Source: an uncultured Psychroserpens sp.
GTDB taxonomy: Bacteria; Bacteroidota; Bacteroidia; Flavobacteriales; Flavobacteriaceae
Assembly (NCBI RefSeq): GCF_947500255.1
Contig: NZ_CANMRL010000009.1
Coordinates: 4,692-68,691, forward strand
Length of the DNA stretch: 64,000 nucleotides
Direction: 5' to 3'
Both the position numbers and the translations under genes were made by a program. How positions within the stretch are numbered: the first letter of the stretch is position 1; each line of letters begins with the position of its first letter. The notes beneath the pieces are model-generated. The model saw only the letters and a list, made by a program, of their open reading frames with translations, was not told the DNA's origin and made no database searches. Below, piece by piece: positions 1 through 8,321 of the stretch.

Positions 1-122
1 GCTTGGAAATGGATACCTTTAGAAGCCGTTAAAGTTGATATAGAACTCAATCCAGATCAATATACTGAGTGGTTTAAAATTATTTTTGATAAATTTTACG
101 AACACATTAATATTTCAAAGTA

Positions 123-533
123 ATGCGAGTAACAGTAAGTAGAAAAGCACATTTTAATGCAGCTCATCGCTTGTATCGTAAGGATTGGAGTTTTGAGAAA
201 AATGATGAGATCTTTGGAAAATGTAATAATCCAAACTTTCATGGTCACAACTATGAATTGATTGTTAGTGTTACAGGTGAAATAGATCCAGAAACAGGAT
301 ATGTGATCGATATGAAAGTATTAAAAGATATCATTAAATCTGAAATTGAAGATGCATTTGATCATAAAAACCTGAATGTAGAAGTTCCAGAATTCAAAGA
401 TTTAAATCCTACTGCCGAAAATATTGTCGTTGTCATTTATGATAAGATCAAACCCAAACTTAAGACTGATTTTGATTTAGAGATTACATTATATGAAACG
501 CCTCGTAATTTTGTAACCTATTCTGGAGAATGA
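123..533 (+). CDS. queD: 6-carboxy-5,6,7,8-tetrahydropterin / 6-pyruvoyl-tetrahydropterin synthase
   Basis: HFNAAHRL, CNNPNFHGHNY and PTAENI motifs of the PTPS/QueD family. Confidence 0.9.
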   Translation: MRVTVSRKAHFNAAHRLYRKDWSFEKNDEIFGKCNNPNFHGHNYELIVSVTGEIDPETGYVIDMKVLKDIIKSEIEDAFDHKNLNVEVPEFKDLNPTAENIVVVIYDKIKPKLKTDFDLEITLYETPRNFVTYSGE

Positions 534-1501
534 AAAAATCACTATATCCTATTAAGTTTCAACCCATTTTAAAAGATAAGATTTGGGGAGGTCAAAAGTT
601 AGCGACGCTACTCAATAAAGCATCAAGTTTACCCAATGTAGGTGAAAGTTGGGAAATTAGTGATGTTGAAGGAGATACTTCAGTCGTTGTAAATGGCGAT
701 TTAAAAGGACAGTCTTTAAAAAAACTTCTTGAAGATTACAAAGCAGATATATTAGGAGAAAAGAATTATAAAATCTTTGGAAACAAATTTCCGTTATTAA
801 TTAAATTTATTGACGCTAAAGAGGATTTATCTATTCAATTGCACCCTAATGATGAACTTGCAGCAAAACGCCATAATTCATTTGGAAAAACGGAGATGTG
901 GTACGTGATGCAAGCAGATGACGATGCTAATTTAATTGTTGGCTTTAATCAAGAAATGACGTCCGAAAAATACCTGAAGCATCTTGAGGATAAAACACTT
1001 ACTCAAATTTTAAATTTCGATAAGGTAAAAGCAGGAGATACCTACTTCATCGAAGTTGGCCGTGTTCATGCCATTGGTGCAGGTGTGTTATTAGCCGAAA
1101 TCCAACAAACAAGTGATATCACGTACAGAGTTTACGATTGGGATCGTGTGGATGATCAAGGTAACGAAAGAGAACTGCATAACGATTTAGCGATTGATGC
1201 GTTTAATTTTGAAATGAAAGACGATTTTAGAGTAGATTATTCAAATGAAAAGAATATATCAAATGAAATGGTGAGTTGTGATTACTTTACAACAAGTATA
1301 CTTCATGTCACTGAGTCTATTTTGAAGTTAAATACCAAAGATTCCTTCTTTATATACATGTGTGTTGAAGGTGAAGCAATCATAGAAACCGAATACGCTT
1401 CAGAATTTATAAAACAAGGGGAAACGATACTACTTCCCGCAGCAATAAAAACCTATAAAATAACATCTGACAATGCGAAACTATTGGAAGTTTATGTTTA
1501 A
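530..1501 (+). CDS. manA: Type I mannose-6-phosphate isomerase
   Basis: KIWGG, LSIQLHP, GKTEMW and HAIGAG cupin Zn-ligand motifs; ATGA overlap with queD. Confidence 0.9.
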   Translation: MKKSLYPIKFQPILKDKIWGGQKLATLLNKASSLPNVGESWEISDVEGDTSVVVNGDLKGQSLKKLLEDYKADILGEKNYKIFGNKFPLLIKFIDAKEDLSIQLHPNDELAAKRHNSFGKTEMWYVMQADDDANLIVGFNQEMTSEKYLKHLEDKTLTQILNFDKVKAGDTYFIEVGRVHAIGAGVLLAEIQQTSDITYRVYDWDRVDDQGNERELHNDLAIDAFNFEMKDDFRVDYSNEKNISNEMVSCDYFTTSILHVTESILKLNTKDSFFIYMCVEGEAIIETEYASEFIKQGETILLPAAIKTYKITSDNAKLLEVYV

Positions 1502-1527
1502 TTTTGTAGCAAACAAATTAAGTAATT

Positions 1528-1797
1528 ATGGCAAATATTAGAGACCTTAAAAAAGACATTAACTTTGTTCTAGGAGACATTATAGAAGCAGTTTATGTTT
1601 GGGAATATAGCAACACAGATAAAGACACAAAGAAGAGTGAGGCGATTATTGATGAGGCAATCGAAACTTTTGACGTCTTAATCGCAAAAGTAAATGATAA
1701 AAGTGTTGAGAATAAAAAAGCACACTTTAAAGCGATCAATAATGAGCTCGAAGAAAAAGGTAGAGCTTTGATCGATAAATTAAATAAATTAGGATAA
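1528..1797 (+). CDS. Conserved small helical Bacteroidota hypothetical protein
   Basis: 89-aa ORF with host-like codon usage, cotranscribed orientation. Confidence 0.7.
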   Translation: MANIRDLKKDINFVLGDIIEAVYVWEYSNTDKDTKKSEAIIDEAIETFDVLIAKVNDKSVENKKAHFKAINNELEEKGRALIDKLNKLG

Positions 1798-1836
1798 TTT
1801 TTTTGAGAGTGTATTTGCAAATTTAGATATCAACAC

Positions 1837-1844
1837 TATATTTG
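1837..1844 (+). promoter_or_regulatory. Bacteroidota sigmaA -7 element for tRNA-Thr
   Basis: TATATTTG (TAnnTTTG) 12 nt before the tRNA, with TTTG about 19 nt upstream. Confidence 0.75.
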
Positions 1845-1856
1845 CACCTCTTAAAA

Positions 1857-1930
1857 GCCGATGTAGCTCAGCTGGCTAGAGCAGCTGATTTGTAATCAGC
1901 AGGTCGTGGGTTCGAGTCCCTCCATTGGCT
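1857..1930 (+). tRNA. tRNA-Thr(TGT), CCA not encoded
   Basis: Cloverleaf: acceptor GCCGATG/CATTGGC, D stem GCTC/GAGC, anticodon stem GCTGA/TCAGC with loop TTTGTAA, T loop TTCGAGT. Confidence 0.97.
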
Positions 1931-1931
1931 C

Positions 1932-1967
1932 AAAAAAAATCCCAAACGTAATGTTTGGGATTTTTTT
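1932..1967. terminator. Bidirectional intrinsic terminator
   Basis: A8-TCCCAAAC gtaat GTTTGGGA-T7 between the tRNA and a convergent gene. Confidence 0.85.
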
Positions 1968-1985
1968 ATTCATATGAGATAAAAA

Positions 1986-2711
1986 CTAGTCTTGGCTGTT
2001 CTTATCTTGCTTTTCTTTTTCTGCTTTTCGTTCTTTAATAAACGCGTCTAATTGTTTACCATATTTTGATGCTTTCACATTAGTCGTAAGTGTATCGTAA
2101 ATTTGCTGTAAATAACTAATACTTGTATTTGGAACTTCACTTATAGCTAAATAAGGAGAAACTTCACTGTCTGGATGACTTACGGCGAAATTAATTGTGT
2201 AGCGATACTTACTTTTTAAAAGGTTGTCAAAGTCTGTTTTTAAAGATTCAACTTTACTAGTATCTTTTGCTTTTTGAGACTCAAGACTCTCCTTAATCAT
2301 ATCTAAATTTTTATCATTAAACTTAGACATCATGTCTAGATATTTATCTAAAACAGCTTGCTGTTTCGATCCTTTTACTGTAGCGTCAATATTAAAATTC
2401 TTAAGTGTAGAGTTAATTTCAGTAATTCCTTTATCTGCAAAAAAAGCAATAGTGCCTTCTTCGTTGTCATTTTTATCCAGCTTTAAAAATAAAATCTCAG
2501 GTTCTTGTAGTTTCGAATGAAGCACAAAATTAGAATCACCATTAACAGCAACAGAATCTAAAGTCACCATAATGGTATCCTGTTGTTTCTGTAAATAAAC
2601 GGTTCCTTTTTTTAGACCTTTAACATGACCATTAAGTGTGAAATCATGTTGCTCTTCCTTTCCGCAGGAAACCAATAAAAGTGCTAGTAATACAACAATA
2701 AATTGCTTCAT
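1986..2711 (-). CDS. DUF4369-domain lipoprotein
   Basis: LVSC lipobox; 'GHVKGLKKGTVYLQK' type N-terminal domain. Confidence 0.75.
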   Translation of the reverse strand: MKQFIVVLLALLLVSCGKEEQHDFTLNGHVKGLKKGTVYLQKQQDTIMVTLDSVAVNGDSNFVLHSKLQEPEILFLKLDKNDNEEGTIAFFADKGITEINSTLKNFNIDATVKGSKQQAVLDKYLDMMSKFNDKNLDMIKESLESQKAKDTSKVESLKTDFDNLLKSKYRYTINFAVSHPDSEVSPYLAISEVPNTSISYLQQIYDTLTTNVKASKYGKQLDAFIKERKAEKEKQDKNSQD

Positions 2712-2760
2712 TTAATTTTGATTTTGAGTGCGCAAATATCTTATAAAAAATAATTAAAAA

Positions 2761-4071
2761 CTAACTTACAGCAGCTAATTCCATTAAAATTGTACAGCCA
2801 ATAGCTGCTATAGTTCCAATGGCATAACCAAAGACAGCAAGAAGCACTCCAACTGTAGCTAACGATGGGTGAAAAGCAGATGCAACAATAGGAGCAGAGG
2901 CAGCTCCACCAACATTTGCTTGACTACCAACAGCTAAGAAGAAGTATGGTGCTTTGATAAGTTTTGCTATTCCAATAAGTAAAAGAGCATGTATGGTCAT
3001 CCAAACAACACCAATGGCTATGAGACCCAAGTTATCAAATATGAGTGTCAAATCCATTTTCATTCCAATACTTGCAACAAGGATATAGATAAAAACACTA
3101 CCAAATTTACTAGCGCCTGCACCTTCATAGTTTTTAGCTTTTGTAAAGGATAGTAGTATGGCGATAAGAGTTGCTATACTTATCATCCAAAAGAATTTTG
3201 ATCCTAAGAACGTAAATATATTTCGAGTAGTTTGAGATTCTATGCCAGCCACCAAGTTGTCAAAAAATGGCGCTAGAAAGTTAGAACATAAATGAGCAAT
3301 ACTTACTGTTCCAAACGCAATAGCTCCTATAATCATTATGTCTGTAAGTGACGGATTACGTTTTACTTTTTCTGAGAATGTAGATACTTTTTCTTTAAGC
3401 TCTTCAATAGACGATGTATCAGCTTTTAACCATTTATTAATTCTGTTTCGTTTTCCAATACCAATCAATATGATAGCCATCCATATGTTGGCAACTACGA
3501 TATCGACAAATACCATTCCACCATAAAGTTTTTGATTATACCCATAGATCTCTAACATGGCAGTTTGATTTGCGCCACCACCAATCCAGCTTCCAGCAAG
3601 TGTTGAAAGACCTCTCCAAACAGCATCTGGGCCAACACCACCAACAGTTTCTGGTGAGACAGCTGCAATTAATAGAATAGCAATTGGTCCACCAATAACA
3701 ATTCCTAAAGTTCCAGTAAAAAACATCACCAAGGCTTTCCAACCTAGATTAAAAACGGCTTTTAAATCGATACTTAAAGTCATTAAAACTAATGCTGCTG
3801 GTAATAAATATCTACTGGATACATAATACAAATTTGAACTATGCTCTGTTACTTCTCCACTATCAGAGACTGTTGTCCATTCTGAAGATATAAGACCAAC
3901 TGTAGTTAATACTGCTGGAATCATATAAGCCATAAATAATCCAGGAACTATTTTATAAAACTTGGGCCAAAAGCCAGTCTTTATAGATTCTGTTAGGAAT
4001 ACAAACCCTAATGAGAGCATTAGAAGTCCAAAAACGATAGTATCATCAGTAAATAAAGGTGTATTGTCCAT
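2761..4071 (-). CDS. DUF819 family polytopic membrane protein
   Basis: About 10 TM segments; GSWIGGGANQ and SQANVGGAASAP motifs. Confidence 0.85.
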   Translation of the reverse strand: MDNTPLFTDDTIVFGLLMLSLGFVFLTESIKTGFWPKFYKIVPGLFMAYMIPAVLTTVGLISSEWTTVSDSGEVTEHSSNLYYVSSRYLLPAALVLMTLSIDLKAVFNLGWKALVMFFTGTLGIVIGGPIAILLIAAVSPETVGGVGPDAVWRGLSTLAGSWIGGGANQTAMLEIYGYNQKLYGGMVFVDIVVANIWMAIILIGIGKRNRINKWLKADTSSIEELKEKVSTFSEKVKRNPSLTDIMIIGAIAFGTVSIAHLCSNFLAPFFDNLVAGIESQTTRNIFTFLGSKFFWMISIATLIAILLSFTKAKNYEGAGASKFGSVFIYILVASIGMKMDLTLIFDNLGLIAIGVVWMTIHALLLIGIAKLIKAPYFFLAVGSQANVGGAASAPIVASAFHPSLATVGVLLAVFGYAIGTIAAIGCTILMELAAVS

Positions 4072-4134
4072 ATTGTAGTTGTCTTTATAGTTCGCAAAAT
4101 ACCAAAATAAAAGCGCATAAAAAAAGCGACGTTT

Positions 4135-4314
4135 TTAAGTGTCGCTTTCATCGGTCTTTTTTGGCTTGGGTTGCCTGTTTTGTTCTTTAAGGTATTGCAT
4201 AAGCATCCATTCGATCTGGCCATTAGTACTTCTAAATTCATCAGAAGCCCATTTTTCGATCGCTTTGAGCATATCTTCGTTTATTCGCAATGCAAATGCT
4301 TTTTTCTTTGCCAT
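4135..4314 (-). CDS. Arc-like ribbon-helix-helix DNA-binding protein (59 aa, absent from ORF track)
   Basis: Hand translation MAKKKAFALRINEDMLKAIEKWASDEFRSTNGQIEWMLMQYL...; alternating beta-ribbon FALRI and RSTNGQIE match the Arc/RHH family. Confidence 0.85.
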   Translation of the reverse strand: MAKKKAFALRINEDMLKAIEKWASDEFRSTNGQIEWMLMQYLKEQNRQPKPKKTDESDT

Positions 4315-4387
4315 TTTTATTGTGTTATAAATAGAGCTTTTATGAAACTTAATATAAGTATTAAAAGCAAAAATACTATTTTGATAA

Positions 4388-4894
4388 TCATGACTTATTA
4401 ATTTTTCGACTATAGATTAAAACCAAAATGGGTAAAATAATACTAAGACCTATAATAGTTGGAACAAACCAAGTACCAATACTAGTGGCATGCCCTTTAG
4501 CTGTTTGAATTGTGAAATAAGCTATACATGCAAAAACGAGAACAACAAACAAATTAGTAAACCTTAATATTCGAGTACTAAAGCGATAGTTCTTGAGGGC
4601 ATTTTCTTCTGTGATATTCACCATGTAATTATGAATATGTGGAAACTTATTTAAATATGACAATCCTAAAAACATGATAAGACCCAGTCCAGGTAAAACC
4701 CATAAAAAGCTTTTTTCACTGTGACCATCAACTTCTCCTTTCACATTAAGATGTGAAGGGATGATGTCTGGTAATTCAGAATAAGACATAATGGTATATA
4801 CGATCATCAATAGCAATAGGGTCACAGATGTCAAATCAACAGCTATGTCTAAGGGTTCATAAGGCACTTTTATTCTTGGTCTATTATTACTCAT
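4388..4894 (-). CDS. DUF1648 (SdpI N-terminal-like) membrane protein
   Basis: LPDIIPSH...GEVDG and NYMVNITEENA motifs; 4 TM; ATG at 4894 preferred over track TTG at 4918. Confidence 0.8.
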   Translation of the reverse strand: MSNNRPRIKVPYEPLDIAVDLTSVTLLLLMIVYTIMSYSELPDIIPSHLNVKGEVDGHSEKSFLWVLPGLGLIMFLGLSYLNKFPHIHNYMVNITEENALKNYRFSTRILRFTNLFVVLVFACIAYFTIQTAKGHATSIGTWFVPTIIGLSIILPILVLIYSRKINKS

Positions 4895-4895
4895 T

Positions 4896-5054
4896 TTATC
4901 TGTTTTTATCTCGCTCAAAAACTACGCTTGTCCAACCTTGCGTGATATGGTTAACTACCCATCCCTCTCTTGAATATTGATTAAGCAAGTCTTCAAAATG
5001 TTTAGTTCTATTTCTAAATCCGAGTTTTGGTACAACAACTTTATATTCTTTCAT
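4896..5054 (-). CDS. DUF4177-like small protein (52 aa, absent from ORF track)
   Basis: Hand translation MKEYKVVVPKLGFRNRTKHFEDLLNQYSREGWVVNHITQGWTSVVFERDKNR; EYKVV...LN...EGW...FER pattern; fills the operon gap exactly. Confidence 0.8.
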   Translation of the reverse strand: MKEYKVVVPKLGFRNRTKHFEDLLNQYSREGWVVNHITQGWTSVVFERDKNR

Positions 5055-5072
5055 CTGTTTTGTTTTACGGGT

Positions 5073-5270
5073 TTAAAGTGGGTCATTATCTGATGGGTCA
5101 TTCTCACCTTTAAAAATCACAAGTGCTAATATAACTCCAATAATAGTCCCTATGAGAGCGCCGTAAACAACTCCCATTGCCACATCACCAATAACGGCTC
5201 CTATCGTAGTTCCAATGCTGCTTCCTAATGCGCTTCCAATAGCAATGCTATAAATTTGATTCTTGTTCAT
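5073..5270 (-). CDS. Small glycine-zipper membrane protein
   Basis: GxxxG-rich double TM hairpin, 65 aa, abuts the SPFH stop. Confidence 0.7.
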   Translation of the reverse strand: MNKNQIYSIAIGSALGSSIGTTIGAVIGDVAMGVVYGALIGTIIGVILALVIFKGENDPSDNDPL

Positions 5271-5271
5271 T

Positions 5272-6132
5272 TTAGTGGTTTAATGTTCCAGTATTTAAAA
5301 CAGGTGAGGCATCTTTGTCGCCACAAAGGATGACCATTAAATTACTTACCATAGCAGCTTTGCGTTCTTCATCTAAATCGACAATTTGTTTCTTACCAAG
5401 TTCTTCTAAAGCCATTTCTACCATGCTTACAGCACCTTCAACAATTTTATGTCTAGCAGCTACAATTGCTGTTGCTTGCTGACGTTTTAGCATAGCATTA
5501 GCAATCTCTTGTGCATAGGCTAAATAACCAATACGTGCTTCTAAAACTTCAATTCCAGCAATAGCCAAGCGTTCTTCTATTTCTTTCTCTAAAGCGTTAC
5601 TTACTTCATTAACACTAGAGCGTAACGTAATGTCTTCATCGTGCCCTTCATCTGCGAAATTGTCATATGGATACATACTCGCTAGCTTACGTACTGCAGC
5701 ATCGGTTTGTACACGAACAAAGTTTTCGTAGATATCGACATCAAAAGCTGCTTTATAAGTGTTTTGAACACGCCATACTAAAATAGTGCTTATCATTACA
5801 GGGTTACCCAGCTTGTCGTTTACTTTTAATCGCTCGCTATCAAAATTTCGAGCCCTTAATGATATTTTCTTTTTAGTATAAAATGGATTTACCCAGTAAA
5901 AGCCATTCTTCTTCACAGTACCTATGTATTTTCCAAATAGTAATAATACACGCGAGCCATTAGGTTGTACCATAATAAATCCAGGGGCAATAATAATTGC
6001 TATAGGAAGCAATAGTAAAAACTCACCACTTTCAGTAATAATGGCTGAAGCTATTGGTCCAAAGAATAGTATAAGGAATATGAATAGCATAAGATAACCG
6101 TTTGCTGGAACTATTATTTTTTCTTCTTTCAT
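5272..6132 (-). CDS. SPFH/band-7 domain membrane protein
   Basis: Two N-terminal TMs; LKVNDKLGNPV, IEVLEARIGYLAYAQEIANAMLKRQQA. Confidence 0.92.
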   Translation of the reverse strand: MKEEKIIVPANGYLMLFIFLILFFGPIASAIITESGEFLLLLPIAIIIAPGFIMVQPNGSRVLLLFGKYIGTVKKNGFYWVNPFYTKKKISLRARNFDSERLKVNDKLGNPVMISTILVWRVQNTYKAAFDVDIYENFVRVQTDAAVRKLASMYPYDNFADEGHDEDITLRSSVNEVSNALEKEIEERLAIAGIEVLEARIGYLAYAQEIANAMLKRQQATAIVAARHKIVEGAVSMVEMALEELGKKQIVDLDEERKAAMVSNLMVILCGDKDASPVLNTGTLNH

Positions 6133-6162
6133 TTGATTAGGTTTTAATTAAATAATTCAATA

Positions 6163-6181
6163 TGATATTATTTTGATATCA
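6163..6181. promoter_or_regulatory. Candidate RHH operator (TGATATTA-N3-TGATATCA)
   Basis: Tandem 8-bp near-palindromic boxes, 11-bp period, overlapping the predicted SPFH transcription start. Confidence 0.55.
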
Positions 6182-6211
6182 AATTTACATCAAAGATTTT
6201 TAATTTGCAAA
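6180..6211 (-). promoter_or_regulatory. sigmaA promoter of the SPFH operon
   Basis: TTTG (6211-6208), 20-nt spacer, TAAATTTG (6187-6180). Confidence 0.7.
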
Positions 6212-6217
6212 TTGAGT

Positions 6218-6234
6218 TTGGCACGCCATTTGCT
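6218..6234 (+). promoter_or_regulatory. sigma54 (RpoN) -24/-12 promoter
   Basis: TTGGCACG-CCAT-TTGCT, exact match to the YTGGCACG-N4-TTGCW consensus. Confidence 0.7.
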
Positions 6235-6245
6235 TTATATAAAAT

Positions 6246-6360
6246 GTAAATGCTTATGAAGATGTTAGACGAGGAGTGATTACCTCACATAACGGAGTAA
6301 CATTTATCATTTGGTTGGTTAGTTAATAAAAACGCATCTCGAACTTTGAGATGCGTTTTT
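6246..6360 (+). ncRNA. Candidate sigma54-dependent small RNA
   Basis: Bounded by the sigma54 promoter and a terminator; only a 9-codon ORF inside; ends approximate. Confidence 0.45.
6328..6360. terminator. Intrinsic terminator
   Basis: AAAAACGCATCTC...GAGATGCGTTTTT. Confidence 0.85.
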
Positions 6361-6383
6361 AACTTTTAATAAGATGCTGTTGT

Positions 6384-7313
6384 TTATTTTTTGAGAATAA
6401 AGTCAGATACTTTTATAATAAGATCTTCGGAAATTTTTCTAAAAGATTCATTGTAAGATTTCGAGTTTTCCAATTTATCACCAGCAATAATAAACAATAC
6501 ATGGTTCATATTATCAATGATTTCAATTTCTGCTTTATTAGAACCTTGCTTTAGAAGTTTTGCTTCATCTACAGATACCTGAAGATCCTTTGTACCATTG
6601 ATTATAAGTATAGGAATGTCTAAAGTTTTAATGATCTCTTGTGGTTTGTATTGCATCCAATTCATGATAAACGGTTGAACGTCTGCTCTAAAAATTGATC
6701 CTAATGCCTGAGGATATTCTGTAGTTAATTTTCCTTCCTTTAAACTGTCAAATGCTTTTTTAGTGCCTTCAACTAATGACGGATCCATTGCGGCAATTTG
6801 TTCGGTAATAACATCGTCTATAGATTGTCCTGCACCAGCTAATGAAACAAAACCATTTGCTTTCCCTTTAGCGGCCAACATACCAACAAGGCTTCCTTGA
6901 CTATGTCCAATAACATAAATACTTGAATACTTACCTTCATTTTTGAAGTAATCAATAACCGAAATGGCATCAGTCACAAAATCATCAAATGTTATGTTAG
7001 GGTCTATTTTCTTTTTAAGAATTTGTTTAACAATACGTTTATCATATCTGTAGGTGGCAATACCTCTATTAGAAAGTGATTCTGCAAGTTTTTTTAATGA
7101 ATTGTTATTCGAAAAATTTTGATTTCCATTTCTATCTGTTGGCCCAGAACCAGCAATAATAATGGCAAGTTTAGGTTTTTCATTGCCTTTTGGTACTAAT
7201 AAAGTACCATCTATTAATTCATTTACAGAAACCTCTTGTGATGTAAACTTAGAATCTTGGGCATAGATTATTGTACCTAAACAAAAGAGGAGAACACTCA
7301 TATAATATTTCAT
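6384..7313 (-). CDS. Secreted alpha/beta hydrolase
   Basis: Signal peptide; GSGPTDRNGN, GHSQG nucleophile, GTKD, NH triad. Confidence 0.88.
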   Translation of the reverse strand: MKYYMSVLLFCLGTIIYAQDSKFTSQEVSVNELIDGTLLVPKGNEKPKLAIIIAGSGPTDRNGNQNFSNNNSLKKLAESLSNRGIATYRYDKRIVKQILKKKIDPNITFDDFVTDAISVIDYFKNEGKYSSIYVIGHSQGSLVGMLAAKGKANGFVSLAGAGQSIDDVITEQIAAMDPSLVEGTKKAFDSLKEGKLTTEYPQALGSIFRADVQPFIMNWMQYKPQEIIKTLDIPILIINGTKDLQVSVDEAKLLKQGSNKAEIEIIDNMNHVLFIIAGDKLENSKSYNESFRKISEDLIIKVSDFILKK

Positions 7314-7420
7314 AGTCGTTTTTTTATAACACCTAATAATTGATGTACCAAAGTTAACTAAAAATTAAAACGAAAATTATGTGATTTTATGACTTTATAA
7401 TGAGTTTTTTTTATTTGACG

Positions 7421-7450
7421 ATATTGCATTTCATCGATGAAATGCAATAT
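7421..7450. repeat. Perfect 30-bp palindrome
   Basis: ATATTGCATTTCATC|GATGAAATGCAATAT, no spacer. Confidence 0.9.
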
Positions 7451-7588
7451 TTCATCTTATAATGTTAAAATTAAGTGTATTTCATCGATTAATTGTGTAT
7501 TTTAACTTGTATAATGAAATAGAGTTCTATATTTGAAGTGTACTAAAATTTAGTTTTTAGTTCAATGGATTAATTAATTAATATTTGC

Positions 7589-7673
7589 ATATGTGATGGC
7601 TTAGTGACCCTAAATCTACCACATATTTAAAAAGCAAATTAGGAAAACCAAGGTTGAGGGACCTTGGTTTTTT
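7589..7673 (+). ncRNA. Candidate structured small RNA
   Basis: Hairpin ATATGTG...TTAG-TGACC-CTAA...CACATAT (7589-7626) plus terminator; no ORF. Confidence 0.4.
7644..7673. terminator. Intrinsic terminator
   Basis: AAAACCAAGGT tgaggg ACCTTGGTTTTTT. Confidence 0.85.
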
Positions 7674-7691
7674 CGTTTTATATGGTTGAAC

Positions 7692-8294
7692 TTAAATAAT
7701 GCTTCTAAAGGTCAAGTTAATCCGTTCACCAATGGTCTTTTTGGTTTTAGCGATTTGATGTAGCCAAAAATGTTGCATTTCTCCTTTCATAACCAATAAA
7801 CTTCCATGATGTAAATTGAGTTTATGTCGTTCTTCTTTTATATATCGATGTTTAAAATGAAAGGGTCTCATTTCCCCAAAACTCACCGAAGCTATTATTG
7901 GGTTTTTACCAAGCTCTTTTTCATTATCTGCATGCCAACCATTACTATCATTACCATTGCGATATAAATTGAGAAGAACAGTTGTAAATTGATGTTTGAT
8001 TTCTTGTTCTATATCTGCCTTTATTTCTGATAGTTCCGAAGAGAACTGATGAGGTTTCATGGTAATCCCAGAGTAGGAGTAGGTGCTGTGGTTATTAGCA
8101 TATAGAGCTGTTAATCTTGGCTGTTGATGGGTTTTTCCAAATATTGTGATGCTGTCTTGCTGCCATTTAATTGTATTTTTTAAAACTTCAAAATAACGAT
8201 TAGCAATATCCGAGTTATAAAAACCCTCAATGTAAATGAGTTCTGCATTTGGTCGTTTAATTATCGTTTTTTCTTCGGAAAATAAGTCCATCAC
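7692..8294 (-). CDS. AlkB-family 2OG-Fe(II) dioxygenase
   Basis: WHAD...H facial triad, QPRLTA, RINLTFR. Confidence 0.9.
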   Translation of the reverse strand: MMDLFSEEKTIIKRPNAELIYIEGFYNSDIANRYFEVLKNTIKWQQDSITIFGKTHQQPRLTALYANNHSTYSYSGITMKPHQFSSELSEIKADIEQEIKHQFTTVLLNLYRNGNDSNGWHADNEKELGKNPIIASVSFGEMRPFHFKHRYIKEERHKLNLHHGSLLVMKGEMQHFWLHQIAKTKKTIGERINLTFRSII

Positions 8295-8321
8295 TTAATT
8301 TTTATCTAAATTAGCTATATC

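Noticed and set aside
1857-1967. tRNA-Thr as an integration site
   Set aside because: No duplicated tRNA 3' end and no integrase were seen, and a normal terminator follows directly.
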